A stretch of DNA of 49,671 bases from Candidatus Curtissbacteria bacterium RIFOXYA1_FULL_41_14 (GCA_001775095.1 MFCA01000028.1:17746-67416); one strand, 5' to 3'; positions 38,071 to 46,944 are shown, counted from the stretch's first letter. Translations and numbers: made by a program. The notes: generated from the sequence alone by a model not told the origin.

Positions 38071-38433
38071 TCATATTTCTTTTATCCCGTCAAGAGTAAC
38101 AAAAAGCGTATTTACTTTTATTGATGGTTTAATTTTTTCTAAATAGTCTTTTAAGGCATTGGCATTTTGGCGATGAGTTTCAAGTGAATTGTCTTCACCG
38201 TAAGCACCGCAATCTTCATGTTCGTAAATAAAGGCTTCGTCAGGGTCATGGAGGTTAATAGAAACCTTGGTGGCCTTTTTGATATTTTCGAGATCTTTTG
38301 ACACTCCGGGCCAGGAGATTCGATCAGTCTGACCTTTCAGATTGCGCATTTTAAGATCATTCTCTACAAGTTTTTGGAAACGAAAATCAATGCAATGAAC
38401 AATTAACGCTTTGGCCTTGTGCTTGACTGACAT
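38071..38433 (-). CDS. beta-carbonic-anhydrase-like protein
   Basis: CIDFR and HEDCGAY Zn motifs. Confidence 0.8.
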   Translation of the reverse strand: MSVKHKAKALIVHCIDFRFQKLVENDLKMRNLKGQTDRISWPGVSKDLENIKKATKVSINLHDPDEAFIYEHEDCGAYGEDNSLETHRQNANALKDYLEKIKPSIKVNTLFVTLDGIKEI

Positions 38434-38630
38434 AACTATTTAAAAAAAAGACCTCTGTCTTATCCAGAGAGTCCTTTGTGATGCTATACTAGCAAAAAGG
38501 AAATTGAGGGTCAATACTTATCTAATTTTAATTTTCAATTTCTAATTTTTATTCAATTTTTAAATTTAAATTTTCAAATTGGAAATTCATTAAAAATTTC
38601 AAATTTCAAATTTCAAATTAAATAAAAGAT

Positions 38631-38777
38631 ATGTTTTTGAAAATAATTTTTATCATAGCCGGGATTGCGGGGATCGTGGCGACTTTTTATGTTTCTTGGT
38701 TCTGGCGAGGATTGATTATTCCAATGGTGATTATTTTACTTGCAGATGTGGTTTGGGAGATCCTTAAGAAGAAATAG
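38631..38777 (+). CDS. 48-aa membrane protein (below ORF-track cutoff)
   Basis: MFLKIIFIIAGIAGIVATFYVSWFWRGLIIPMVIILLADVVWEILKKK; paralog at 42098. Confidence 0.7.
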   Translation: MFLKIIFIIAGIAGIVATFYVSWFWRGLIIPMVIILLADVVWEILKKK

Positions 38778-38778
38778 A

Positions 38779-39945
38779 TTATTGAAGCGATTCGGTGGGT
38801 GGATTCGAAAATGAAGATTGTGCTCCATCAGTGAAATATGGTACTAGGAATATTTGGCCTTCATGAACTATCACTAGCTGTTTACTTGCTCCTGGATAAC
38901 GCTCTTGGCCATTTGGAGAGTTGAGAATAAAAAAACCCTCGAGAAGTTTATCGGCTGTTGTTTGGCCAAAAACAAGTTGATTTTCGGGATCCATCATGCC
39001 TTTTACAAAATTGGCAACCGTTGGATCGGAACTTTCAAGCATTTTTTGATTTTCGGGAATAGCCAACAGGCAAGCTAAGTCTTGATAGAGTAAATTCACG
39101 TCCATTGTGCCATCAGGGTTCAAGTAGCGTTTCATTCCATTAGCATCGACTAAGAGTTTGGTTAAAAAGTCCCCTTGTTTGATTTCCATTTCTTTCGTGG
39201 CCGGACACGTTAAAGATTCATGAGTTTCATACAATAGACTTTTTTCGGGAATTTGGTCAGCGGGGATAGTTTCAACAATCGAGGGTGGAGGTGGGGTTTC
39301 GTGAGTCGTACCTTGTCCGGCTACTAAAGATGATCCAACTATTGGAGGGAGAAACATAAGGTCGATAAGCTTTCTTCTCCAATCTTTTTGCTGTTCTTGC
39401 GCAACGGGCTGAGATTCTAAGGATGGTCCGGATTGAGGTGAAGCAATTATAATTGCATCCGGGTTAAGCTGACTAAGTTGAACTTTATGAATCGTAATCG
39501 AATTTTTTTCGGGATTGAAATCAACAAGTTCGAAACCAAGTTGGTCGTTGAGTTGGATTACGCGAGGTTTCTCTCGTAATATTTGTGGCGAAAATTGATA
39601 GTCGCCATCTTCTCTGTGTAAAATTAATGTATCCTTTTGTCTTTGCAGCAAGACTACTGTTTTGAGTTCGTCTGGCGTCATTTCTTGAACTTTTCTGGAA
39701 TCTTCAAGATTGATAATTCTTTGGTCGTTTTTGGGATCGATTGCCAGTGCGAAGGAATTTTCCTGGGATCCCATCTTGAGCTGAAAGGTAACCGCTCTAT
39801 CTTGGCCATTTTCGCCCTCATTAAAAACACCCATTTTATTGACATTACCTTCGTAGACTTTAACATTGGGTCTTTTTATAAAAGGGTTGGGAATTTCTTC
39901 AACTGTTGGTTGAGTAGAGCGTACAAGCTCAGTTGTTATATCCAC
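38779..39945 (-). CDS. hypothetical protein, possible split LysM-like C-terminal domain
   Basis: 388 aa; EIKQGDFLTKL...IVHEGQIFLVP. Confidence 0.65.
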   Translation of the reverse strand: MDITTELVRSTQPTVEEIPNPFIKRPNVKVYEGNVNKMGVFNEGENGQDRAVTFQLKMGSQENSFALAIDPKNDQRIINLEDSRKVQEMTPDELKTVVLLQRQKDTLILHREDGDYQFSPQILREKPRVIQLNDQLGFELVDFNPEKNSITIHKVQLSQLNPDAIIIASPQSGPSLESQPVAQEQQKDWRRKLIDLMFLPPIVGSSLVAGQGTTHETPPPPSIVETIPADQIPEKSLLYETHESLTCPATKEMEIKQGDFLTKLLVDANGMKRYLNPDGTMDVNLLYQDLACLLAIPENQKMLESSDPTVANFVKGMMDPENQLVFGQTTADKLLEGFFILNSPNGQERYPGASKQLVIVHEGQIFLVPYFTDGAQSSFSNPPTESLQ

Positions 39946-39997
39946 AATTTAATATTTATCCTAAATGGGATTAATGTCAAGGATGAAGGGGTTTCGT

Positions 39998-40036
39998 TTA
40001 CAGCTGTTCCAGCTTTACCCTTCGGCTTCGCTCAGG
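39998..40036 (-). repeat. B hairpin plus recoded xer tail VKLEQL-stop
   Basis: Minus strand CCTGAGCGAAGCCGAAGG-GTAAAGCTGGAACAGCTGTAA. Confidence 0.85.
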
Positions 40037-40042
40037 ATGAAA

Positions 40043-40345
40043 TTAGAGCTGTTCCAATTTCACTTTTTCCTCGCCCTTGGGAGGCTGGATGAGAGAGAGG
40101 TAGCGTTCGGTGGTCGAAAGTCTCTTGTGGCCGGCGATTTTGGAAATTAGAACAAGCGATGCACCGGACGAAAGATGATGGGCAACCCAAGTGTGGCGAA
40201 GATCATTAACTTTGGCGCCCGAGATCCCTGCCCTTTTGTAGTAGCGGTCAATAGCAGTTCTGATATTTCTGACGAGAAGTGGTCTGCCGGTTTTGGTGAC
40301 GAAGAGGGTTTTATTGGTAGTTTTTGTGCGTTCTTCTAAATATCT
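40043..40345 (-). pseudogene. duplicate of the last 100 codons of the Xer-like recombinase
   Basis: Protein identical to the C-terminus of 43008-43883; only synonymous differences. Confidence 0.92.
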
Positions 40346-40353
40346 GTAGAAAA

Positions 40354-41460
40354 TCAAGAATTCGGAGGCCAAAGTTTCCAGACGGCCCATTGATCTTTGA
40401 GAACTACAACTGCTACCGAATCTACAAGATCAAATAGTCCCTCAGGGAAGACGTTGGTATTACTTAATTCAAAACAAATGTTTTCTTTTGTGCCTGGAAG
40501 CACCTCTTTACCAAAAAGGAAACCAAAAGGGCCACCTTGAGATTTTTTTGCCGGAATCACTCTTCCATCTTTGAGATAAACGACAATAGAGAGATCTACA
40601 TTATCTGTTATGTCCGATGAAAAACGAAGTGTTTCTGGAGAATTATTTTCAAAATCAAAAGAAATACATTGATAATATCTCTTCGGTACTCCTGTCCCTT
40701 CAGGATCCCAGGGATTTACGATTGGCCCTGTCAAAGTAATAGTGGCATAATCCCGTGCACTAAGGCTTTCACCCAAATTCTTATAATTATTAACGGCACC
40801 TTCTGGAATTAGCTGAGCTTTGCTCAAATCCGCAATCACTTCACCGTAGGGGATTGATCTTGGACTGACGCCATTTTCCATATTACCGTGGTCAGTGGAA
40901 AGTAAATTTGGTTTCTCTATCGCTACCGTTTTTGGTGCTGTACTTACTAAGATCAGAGGCAGGGCAAATCCTGGGGGAATTTTTCTGTGTTCTCCTGATT
41001 CTAAAGAGAACGGTTCATCCCAAAAATACTCTTCAAATTCGTCAAATTCTTCTCCATAGGCAGTAGGAACAAAATTTCGTGTGTTATAAGATCTTCCCTG
41101 ACCAGTAATCTTCAGGCCCAAATTAGCAAAAGTTCTTGTATCTAGTGTCTGTCCACTAATATTTCTGGCAACAGCTTCAATCACCTCAGTTTCTACTTCC
41201 GGTTTAGTTTCAAGAAAGTCTGGAATTGTTTGCCATCTTTTAATATAAATTTGCCAACCATCAGCTTCCAGAATTCCTTCTCTATTTTTTTCAACGCTTG
41301 GGGTTAATTCAGAAGTTGGCATACCTATTTCATCTTCATCATTTCCACCACAACCAGCTAACAAAGCAGTCCCGCCTAAGAATAATTTGAATGTCTTAGC
41401 AAGGAATCTTCTTCGACTAGCTTGAGTCAAAAGGATACCGGATGTTTGTTCAACTGTCAT
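40354..41460 (-). CDS. lipoprotein with twin-arginine-like signal
   Basis: SRRRFL...LLAGC. Confidence 0.75.
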   Translation of the reverse strand: MTVEQTSGILLTQASRRRFLAKTFKLFLGGTALLAGCGGNDEDEIGMPTSELTPSVEKNREGILEADGWQIYIKRWQTIPDFLETKPEVETEVIEAVARNISGQTLDTRTFANLGLKITGQGRSYNTRNFVPTAYGEEFDEFEEYFWDEPFSLESGEHRKIPPGFALPLILVSTAPKTVAIEKPNLLSTDHGNMENGVSPRSIPYGEVIADLSKAQLIPEGAVNNYKNLGESLSARDYATITLTGPIVNPWDPEGTGVPKRYYQCISFDFENNSPETLRFSSDITDNVDLSIVVYLKDGRVIPAKKSQGGPFGFLFGKEVLPGTKENICFELSNTNVFPEGLFDLVDSVAVVVLKDQWAVWKLWPPNS

Positions 41461-41511
41461 GACAAGCGGGAATTTTATCAGATACCCGATAGTTTTTCAA
41501 GTTCAAATGAG

Positions 41512-41634
41512 GTAAGTATTCAGTTTTCTCCAGCCAAGTCGTCATTGCGAGCGTAGCGAAGCAATCTTTTAGATCGCCACGGCTACTACGTAGCCTCGCG
41601 ATGACATATCCATTGGAGAAAGGTGAATACTTAC
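41512..41634. repeat. RPE-like element (41541-41606) nested in an outer inverted repeat
   Basis: GTAAGTATTCA..TTTCTCCA / TGGAGAAA..TGAATACTTAC flanks. Confidence 0.82.
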
Positions 41635-41644
41635 GATTTAGTTA

Positions 41645-42064
41645 TCAATAAAAATCTATCTTGTCACCTTTTGATTTTTTACTGATCTGGCGCCTCCCAG
41701 CATTTGTATAAAACCCCTCAAGTATTTCTTCTTTTAATCTTTCAAGGTCGTGAATATGACTTAGGATTTGAATATAAGCTGCCCTGGTCTTGTCAGTTCT
41801 GCCAAGCGGTGTCAAATTCGTGCGGAGAATTTTAGTTCTGTTTTCAAGAGCTTGAGTTAAAGTTTGGATTCGACCCTCAGGCGCAAGTATTAAGAATGTC
41901 TTGTTTTTAACTAAAACCTCCCAGTGACCATTGTCAACTAAAAATTCCAGTTCACGAGTTTCATCGGGAGATAGTCGAACTTCTTGTTTGGGTAGAACGC
42001 TTGCTGGTTTTGTAATTAAATCAATAATGTATCTTCTGGCGGTTTTTATGGATGATTTTTTCAT
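41645..42064 (-). CDS. hypothetical protein
   Basis: ORF; ATG 42064 preferred since ATG 42079 overlaps a TATAAT box. Confidence 0.6.
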   Translation of the reverse strand: MKKSSIKTARRYIIDLITKPASVLPKQEVRLSPDETRELEFLVDNGHWEVLVKNKTFLILAPEGRIQTLTQALENRTKILRTNLTPLGRTDKTRAAYIQILSHIHDLERLKEEILEGFYTNAGRRQISKKSKGDKIDFY

Positions 42065-42097
42065 TTGTGATGGGCACATTATAAAACTCTAGAGTAA

Positions 42098-42240
42098 TTG
42101 GTGCTACTCACGAGAATAATCTTTATCATTGTCGGTATTATAGCGACTTTTTACGTTTCCTGGTTTTGGAGAGGGTTAATTATTCCAATGGTTATTATTT
42201 TTTTTGCAGATGTTATTTGGGGATGCTTAAGAATAACTAG
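42098..42240 (+). pseudogene. frameshifted paralog of the 48-aa membrane protein
   Basis: ATFYVSWFWRGLIIPMVII shared; 1-nt loss after W leaves TAG 42238 out of frame. Confidence 0.7.
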
Positions 42241-42260
42241 CCTGATTTTGGGTTATCGAT

Positions 42261-42932
42261 TCAGCTTGGTGTTCTGGCCCTATGTCTTTGATCTTTGGCT
42301 GCTCTTGCTCTCGCTTTCTTTTGTTGAGTTGCTTGTCTTTCTTTCTTATCGAGTCTGTTTTGGATGACTCTGGCGATGTCTCGGCGATCCTGATGATTGT
42401 CTCGTTCTATCGGTAAACTATCGATTAATTCTTTGAGTCTCGAACTTTGAAGAACACCTTCTTCCGTGGCAACATCGAAAGCATTGACAGCACTTGGCCA
42501 GTCTTTCTCCTCAAAAGCCTTTTTACCGAAACCTTCAATTAAATCATTAATATAAGATTCGGTCTTTGTGGTTAACTCTTGATCAGTTTCAAATGGACTT
42601 CTGAGCTTAATATCAGACCATTTCCGAGAAATTGCATCAGGTATTTGATCAATTGTGAACACAGACCGAAATTCGATCATGGTATCGTCAGGTAGTGTTA
42701 TTGGTCTCGGAGCACCATCTCTAAATCGTGAACAGGATTCCAAGTCTTTTTTGTGTTGGTTATATAAGTCTATACCTGCTTCTTTATCCTTTCCCAAAGC
42801 TTCCAGAAGTTGTTGACGTTCTTGTCTTTCTTTTTCCAGTCCTTCTTGCTCAAACTGGGCCAGTTTGTCCGGGGTTAAACCGACAAAGTCAAGGACACGG
42901 ACATTTGGGAGAATTGGTGATCTCTCTGCCAT
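42261..42932 (-). CDS. hypothetical protein
   Basis: 223 aa, MAER start, charged helical. Confidence 0.7.
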   Translation of the reverse strand: MAERSPILPNVRVLDFVGLTPDKLAQFEQEGLEKERQERQQLLEALGKDKEAGIDLYNQHKKDLESCSRFRDGAPRPITLPDDTMIEFRSVFTIDQIPDAISRKWSDIKLRSPFETDQELTTKTESYINDLIEGFGKKAFEEKDWPSAVNAFDVATEEGVLQSSRLKELIDSLPIERDNHQDRRDIARVIQNRLDKKERQATQQKKARARAAKDQRHRARTPS

Positions 42933-42938
42933 TCTAAA

Positions 42939-42986
42939 TTAGAGTTGTTCTAATTTCACTTTTTCTTCCCTTCGACTTCGCTCAGG
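42939..42986 (-). repeat. B hairpin plus recoded xer tail EEKVKLEQL-stop
   Basis: Minus strand CCTGAGCGAAGTCGAAGG-GAAGAAAAAGTGAAATTAGAACAACTCTAA. Confidence 0.88.
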
Positions 42987-43007
42987 GTAAACTGCTCGGA
43001 AAAAGTT

Positions 43008-43883
43008 TTAAAGTTGCTCGAGCTTAACTTTTTCCTCGCCTTTTGGGGGTTGGATGAGAGAGAGGTAGCGTTCGGTGGTCGAAAGTCTCTTGTGGCCGGC
43101 GATTTTGGAAATTAGAACAAGCGATGCACCGGACGAAAGATGATGGGCAACCCAAGTGTGGCGAAGATCATTAACTTTGGCGCCCGAAATCCCTGCCCTT
43201 TTATAGTAGCGGTCAATAGCAGTTCTGATATTTCTGACTAAAAGTGGTCTTCCGGTTTTGGTAACAAAGAGAGTTTTATTGGTAGTTTTTGTCCGTTCCT
43301 CCAGATACCTTTTGAGTACAGCTTCGGCTGCTTTATTTAAAGGGACTGTCCGCTCAGGCCTATTTTCCATAGGTCTAATGTAAAGATGACCCTCCTTACC
43401 GTCTTCTCCTAAAAAGACATCATCAGTTCTTAAATTGGCCAATTCCCCAATTCTGATACCTGTCTGAAGGAGTACCTCGATAATAGCAGCAATTCTAGCA
43501 TCATCTCTGGCGGCATCACGCAGTGCCCTGTATTCAGTGGGGGAAAGAATTCTTGGAGGTTTTGCCTCAAATTTTGGATGGTCAACTAAACTTGCCGGGT
43601 CGTCGGTTAGATACTCCTGGACTTTTAAATATCTAAAAAATGTTTTGGTGGAATTTAATTTTCGCGAAATTGATTTTAGGGTGTAGCCGCTATTTTGCAT
43701 TTTGGCCAAAAAGCCTTTAATGTCATCTGAAGTGACCTCATGGACGTGAGCTTTTGATATCTCTTGTAAGAATGCTATCAGCTGCTCGATATCTTTACCG
43801 TATGCTAAGATGGTAGCGGAGGCTCGCTTTCGGCCTTTTAGGTGTTCAATAAACTCTTTATGAGCTTCGTCCAATTTTTTCAT
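43008..43883 (-). CDS. XerC/XerD-like tyrosine recombinase
   Basis: N-terminal SAM-like domain, TGIRIGEL, NDLRHT, AGH..LSTTERY. Confidence 0.92.
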   Translation of the reverse strand: MKKLDEAHKEFIEHLKGRKRASATILAYGKDIEQLIAFLQEISKAHVHEVTSDDIKGFLAKMQNSGYTLKSISRKLNSTKTFFRYLKVQEYLTDDPASLVDHPKFEAKPPRILSPTEYRALRDAARDDARIAAIIEVLLQTGIRIGELANLRTDDVFLGEDGKEGHLYIRPMENRPERTVPLNKAAEAVLKRYLEERTKTTNKTLFVTKTGRPLLVRNIRTAIDRYYKRAGISGAKVNDLRHTWVAHHLSSGASLVLISKIAGHKRLSTTERYLSLIQPPKGEEKVKLEQL

Positions 43884-44102
43884 ATCCTAGGCATAATTTG
43901 TGCCGAGTCAAACTCGGCTATCGGGTCAGACTTGGTGCAGAATAGCAGGCTGACCCCGATTAATCTTGCTGTTCGCCTTTAGGTTCTATTCGAACATGGT
44001 TCACAGTGCGATTTTACGGGGCAGGCAACTTAAAAAGTTAAGGCAAGTATAATCCTATGCTATGGGTCTTGTCAAGCCCGTCAGGATAATACTGCAGTTG
44101 AT

Positions 44103-44453
44103 ATGAAACGTACTTTTTTACTATTTTTTGCGGTACTTGTAAGTATCGTTTTGGCTATAAACAGCACAAAGCGGATTCTAGGTTTGAGAACAAATTCGCT
44201 TAGCGTTGGTGAGGCCGAAAAACAGTTGGAAAAGTTAAAGCAGGAAAATGAGGCTTTAAAGGGGGAGCTGGAATACAAAAAAACTGACGAATTTGTCGAA
44301 GAGGAAATTAGGAATAAACTTGGTTTAGCCAGAGAGGGGGAGACAGTAGTTATTCTCCCAAAAGAGAATGATGAAAACTCCAAACTCCAAACTCCAGACT
44401 CCAGACTCGGATCAAATTGGGAAAAGTGGCAGGAATTGTTTTTCGGAAGTTGA
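44103..44453 (+). CDS. septum formation initiator (FtsB/DivIC) family
   Basis: TM, coiled coil, EEEIRNKLGLAREGE. Confidence 0.85.
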   Translation: MKRTFLLFFAVLVSIVLAINSTKRILGLRTNSLSVGEAEKQLEKLKQENEALKGELEYKKTDEFVEEEIRNKLGLAREGETVVILPKENDENSKLQTPDSRLGSNWEKWQELFFGS

Positions 44454-44498
44454 CAGGAAGCTATTTTGAAGCTAAAATAGCTTCACTTATTCAAACAT

Positions 44499-44569
44499 CG
44501 CGGGGTGGAGAAACGGTATCTCGGGAGGCTCATAATCTCCAGAAGTGGGTTCGACTCCCGCCCCCGCTA
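44499..44569 (+). tRNA. tRNA-Met(CAU), probably initiator
   Basis: CGCGGGG/CCCCGCT with unpaired C1; GGAGG-CTCATAA-TCTCC; T arm GTGGG-TTCGACT-CCCGC. Confidence 0.88.
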
Positions 44570-44576
44570 CAGCGTA

Positions 44577-44607
44577 AGAACGGCTCGCACTAGAGCCGTT
44601 TCTTTTT
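44577..44607 (+). terminator. intrinsic terminator
   Basis: AACGGCTC/GAGCCGTT stem plus T-rich tail. Confidence 0.75.
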
Positions 44608-44692
44608 AGGAAAGAAACTTTTTCGTGCTCGCGTTCTTACTTTTCAATTTGCCTTTGGCAAATTGGATGGCTTTTGATAGAATACAAACCGC

Positions 44693-44767
44693 GGCAGGGT
44701 AGCTCAATGGCAGAGCGAGAGAATCATAACCTCTAGGTTGTGGGTTCGATCCCCACCCCTGCCACCA
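44693..44767 (+). tRNA. tRNA-Met(CAU), probably elongator
   Basis: GGCAGGG/CCCTGCC, AATCATAA loop region, encoded CCA. Confidence 0.88.
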
Positions 44768-44839
44768 GGTTGCAGGTCTTCGACTCTGAGGGAGAGCTTT
44801 CAGGCTTAGACTCGATGAGTTCAATCCCTGCCGCAGCCA
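44767..44839 (+). pseudogene. orphan tRNA 3' half with 43-nt palindromic insert in the T arm
   Basis: AGGTT-GCAGG-[insert]-TTCAATC-CCTGC-CGCAGCC-A. Confidence 0.72.
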
Positions 44840-44891
44840 CTTTTTTGTCCAGCATGTTTGTCGGTATTGTTTCCCAAGCTATAATTAGCAC

Positions 44892-46247
44892 ATGATTAGA
44901 CCAGAGCTTGTCATCGCGCCTGATATCCAAATTGAACCCTTAAAACCAACAGATGTTGAAGGCCTCTTATCTATTCTGCGGGAAGATGTCCGTGACCGAG
45001 ATACTGGAGAAGTCATAGAAAGTGATATTCAAAAAATACAAGGATTTATGCGAGGGGAAAAAGATGAACATGGTCGAGTCAGGAAATATCTTGTGGCTAG
45101 AGGTGATGATGATAGAGTTTATGGTTGCATGGCTTACTCTTCGCCCCCAGATCCGGATATAGTCAGTCTTTTCAAAAGTGATCCGATACACTCGGCTCAA
45201 CTTCTAGATGTTTTTGTCCCTGATCCGGACGTTGCAAGCAAGCTTTTGAATAGGCTTTGTATACAAGCAGCAAAAGAGGGTAAGCGTCAACTGTGGATAG
45301 CTAGCAATCTGAGATACGAAAGCTACTGGGTTTTTTTTGAAAAGATGTGTGGCAGACCCAAGGGTTTTTTCTGGAGAAGCGGCGAACAAGGCCATACAGA
45401 AATTTGGTTAAAGAGCTTAGATTATGAAACCTACGGACCGGGGTCAGATTACCACAGATTTTTGTCTCTTAGTCCAGATTACTGGAAATATATGTCCCCT
45501 GATGAATACAGGGAGAAAATAAATACGCCTGCCAGAAACCCAGAATATTTCCGACGATTTCACCAGCCTATCATTGAAAGGGCAAAGCAACAATTTGGGC
45601 CGCAGATCCGTCTTTTAGACATTGCTTGTGGTCCAGGGGATGAACTTGATTTTGTCAAAAATGATCCGGAAGTTCAGATTATTGCGACAGATGCATCACA
45701 CGTAATCCTGCCTACCGTTAGGGATAAAATCGGCAACGCAGCAGTTTTCGCAAGCGATGTGAGAGCCTCTGCGCTTCAAGACAACATTGCGGATGCCGGA
45801 ATGTTAGTAAACGCGATGGTTTATGTTCCGGACAAAATGCTCGAAACCATGTATCGTGCTCTTAAGCCAGGCGGGGAATGCGCTGTTAATTTTCGGATTT
45901 TTGGCAATGAACACAATAAAGCATTTTATGATTTTAATGTTAGCCATGGCGGAAAAATCTTGGACAAAAAGTTAACCGTTGAAACTCCTGAGGGACCAAG
46001 AGATTTTGACGTAAAAGTTTTAGATTATACAGAATTTGTAAATGATAATGGAACGCCTGACCTGTCCATGCGCCAACTTGCGCAACAAATATATTTTAAG
46101 TCGGCAGACGATGTAAAAGACTTAATTTCGGCAATCGGTTTTGAGCAGGTAGAACACTCACAATTCGAGTTTGCCTCTCCAGCTAATCCCAATAATCAAA
46201 TTGATGTATTCATTTTGAAAAAACCTTTAAGCAAAATAGACTCTTAA
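44892..46247 (+). CDS. GNAT-like plus class I SAM methyltransferase fusion
   Basis: YLVA...VYGCMAY, LLDVFV; LLDIACGPG, IATDAS, YRALKPGG. Confidence 0.75.
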   Translation: MIRPELVIAPDIQIEPLKPTDVEGLLSILREDVRDRDTGEVIESDIQKIQGFMRGEKDEHGRVRKYLVARGDDDRVYGCMAYSSPPDPDIVSLFKSDPIHSAQLLDVFVPDPDVASKLLNRLCIQAAKEGKRQLWIASNLRYESYWVFFEKMCGRPKGFFWRSGEQGHTEIWLKSLDYETYGPGSDYHRFLSLSPDYWKYMSPDEYREKINTPARNPEYFRRFHQPIIERAKQQFGPQIRLLDIACGPGDELDFVKNDPEVQIIATDASHVILPTVRDKIGNAAVFASDVRASALQDNIADAGMLVNAMVYVPDKMLETMYRALKPGGECAVNFRIFGNEHNKAFYDFNVSHGGKILDKKLTVETPEGPRDFDVKVLDYTEFVNDNGTPDLSMRQLAQQIYFKSADDVKDLISAIGFEQVEHSQFEFASPANPNNQIDVFILKKPLSKIDS

Positions 46248-46256
46248 ACCCTAATT

Positions 46257-46844
46257 ATGTTTACCGGAATTATTTCCCATTTAGGCAAAGTTGTTAGTAT
46301 AGAAAGAAACGGGTTTTCTTTTTCTGCTGGCCCATCTTTTTTTAAAAATATTAAAAAGGGATCAAGTGTGGCGGTTAACGGTGTTTGTCTGACAACGATT
46401 GGTCGACCGAGTCATGACTCGTTTAAGGTCGAAGTAATGCCGGAGACTTTGAAGCGGACAATGCTTGGCGATTTGAAAAAGGGAGATCTTGTCAACTTAG
46501 AACTTGCTCTTTCGGCAAATGGGAGATTCGAAGGACATATTGTGCAGGGACACGTGGATGGGAAAGCAATGGCGGTTAATATAGATAAAGAAGAAAACAG
46601 TTTTATTTTTAAATTCAGAGTTGATAAATCTTTAACAAGCTATCTCGTCAACAAAGGTTCTGTTTGTATCAATGGCATTTCTTTAACGGTGATTGAAGCA
46701 AAGAATGATTTTTTTACTGTTGGTATAATTCCTTATACTTGGAATAACACCATGATGAGCCAGTTAAAAGTCGGCGATAAGGTAAATATTGAGGTTGATA
46801 TCTTAGCAAAATACGTGGAAAGAATTATGAAGAATGAATTATGA
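46257..46844 (+). CDS. ribE: riboflavin synthase (alpha chain)
   Basis: MFTGII, SVAVNGVCLT, GHIVQGHVD, VNIEVD. Confidence 0.96.
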   Translation: MFTGIISHLGKVVSIERNGFSFSAGPSFFKNIKKGSSVAVNGVCLTTIGRPSHDSFKVEVMPETLKRTMLGDLKKGDLVNLELALSANGRFEGHIVQGHVDGKAMAVNIDKEENSFIFKFRVDKSLTSYLVNKGSVCINGISLTVIEAKNDFFTVGIIPYTWNNTMMSQLKVGDKVNIEVDILAKYVERIMKNEL

Positions 46845-46845
46845 A

Positions 46846-46944
46846 TGTCATTCTGGGGAGCGAAGCGACGCCAGAATCTAAACAGGTAAGGATTCTGGAC
46901 AAGTCTTTCGACCCTGAGCTCAAGACCGAAGGGCCAGAATGACA
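46846..46944 (+). repeat. palindromic element (TGTCATTCTGG...CCAGAATGACA) carrying the shared 34-nt module
   Basis: AAGTCTTTCGACCCTGAGCTCAAGACCGAAGGGC identical to 20206-20239. Confidence 0.85.

Noticed and set aside
40043-40390. Functional 115-aa recombinase
   Set aside because: Start lies inside the upstream gene in another frame; lacks the N-terminal domain and first catalytic Arg
42098-42367. 89-aa protein as called by the ORF track
   Set aside because: Extension past 42240 results from a frameshift relative to the 48-aa paralog and overlaps the convergent gene
38779-43883. Classical integron
   Set aside because: No attC-like sites recognised, no IntI-specific insertion evident, cargo lies downstream and co-oriented with the recombinase
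43992-44002. LexA box upstream of xer
   Set aside because: GAAC-N3-GTTC spacing does not match the GAAC-N4-GTTC consensus
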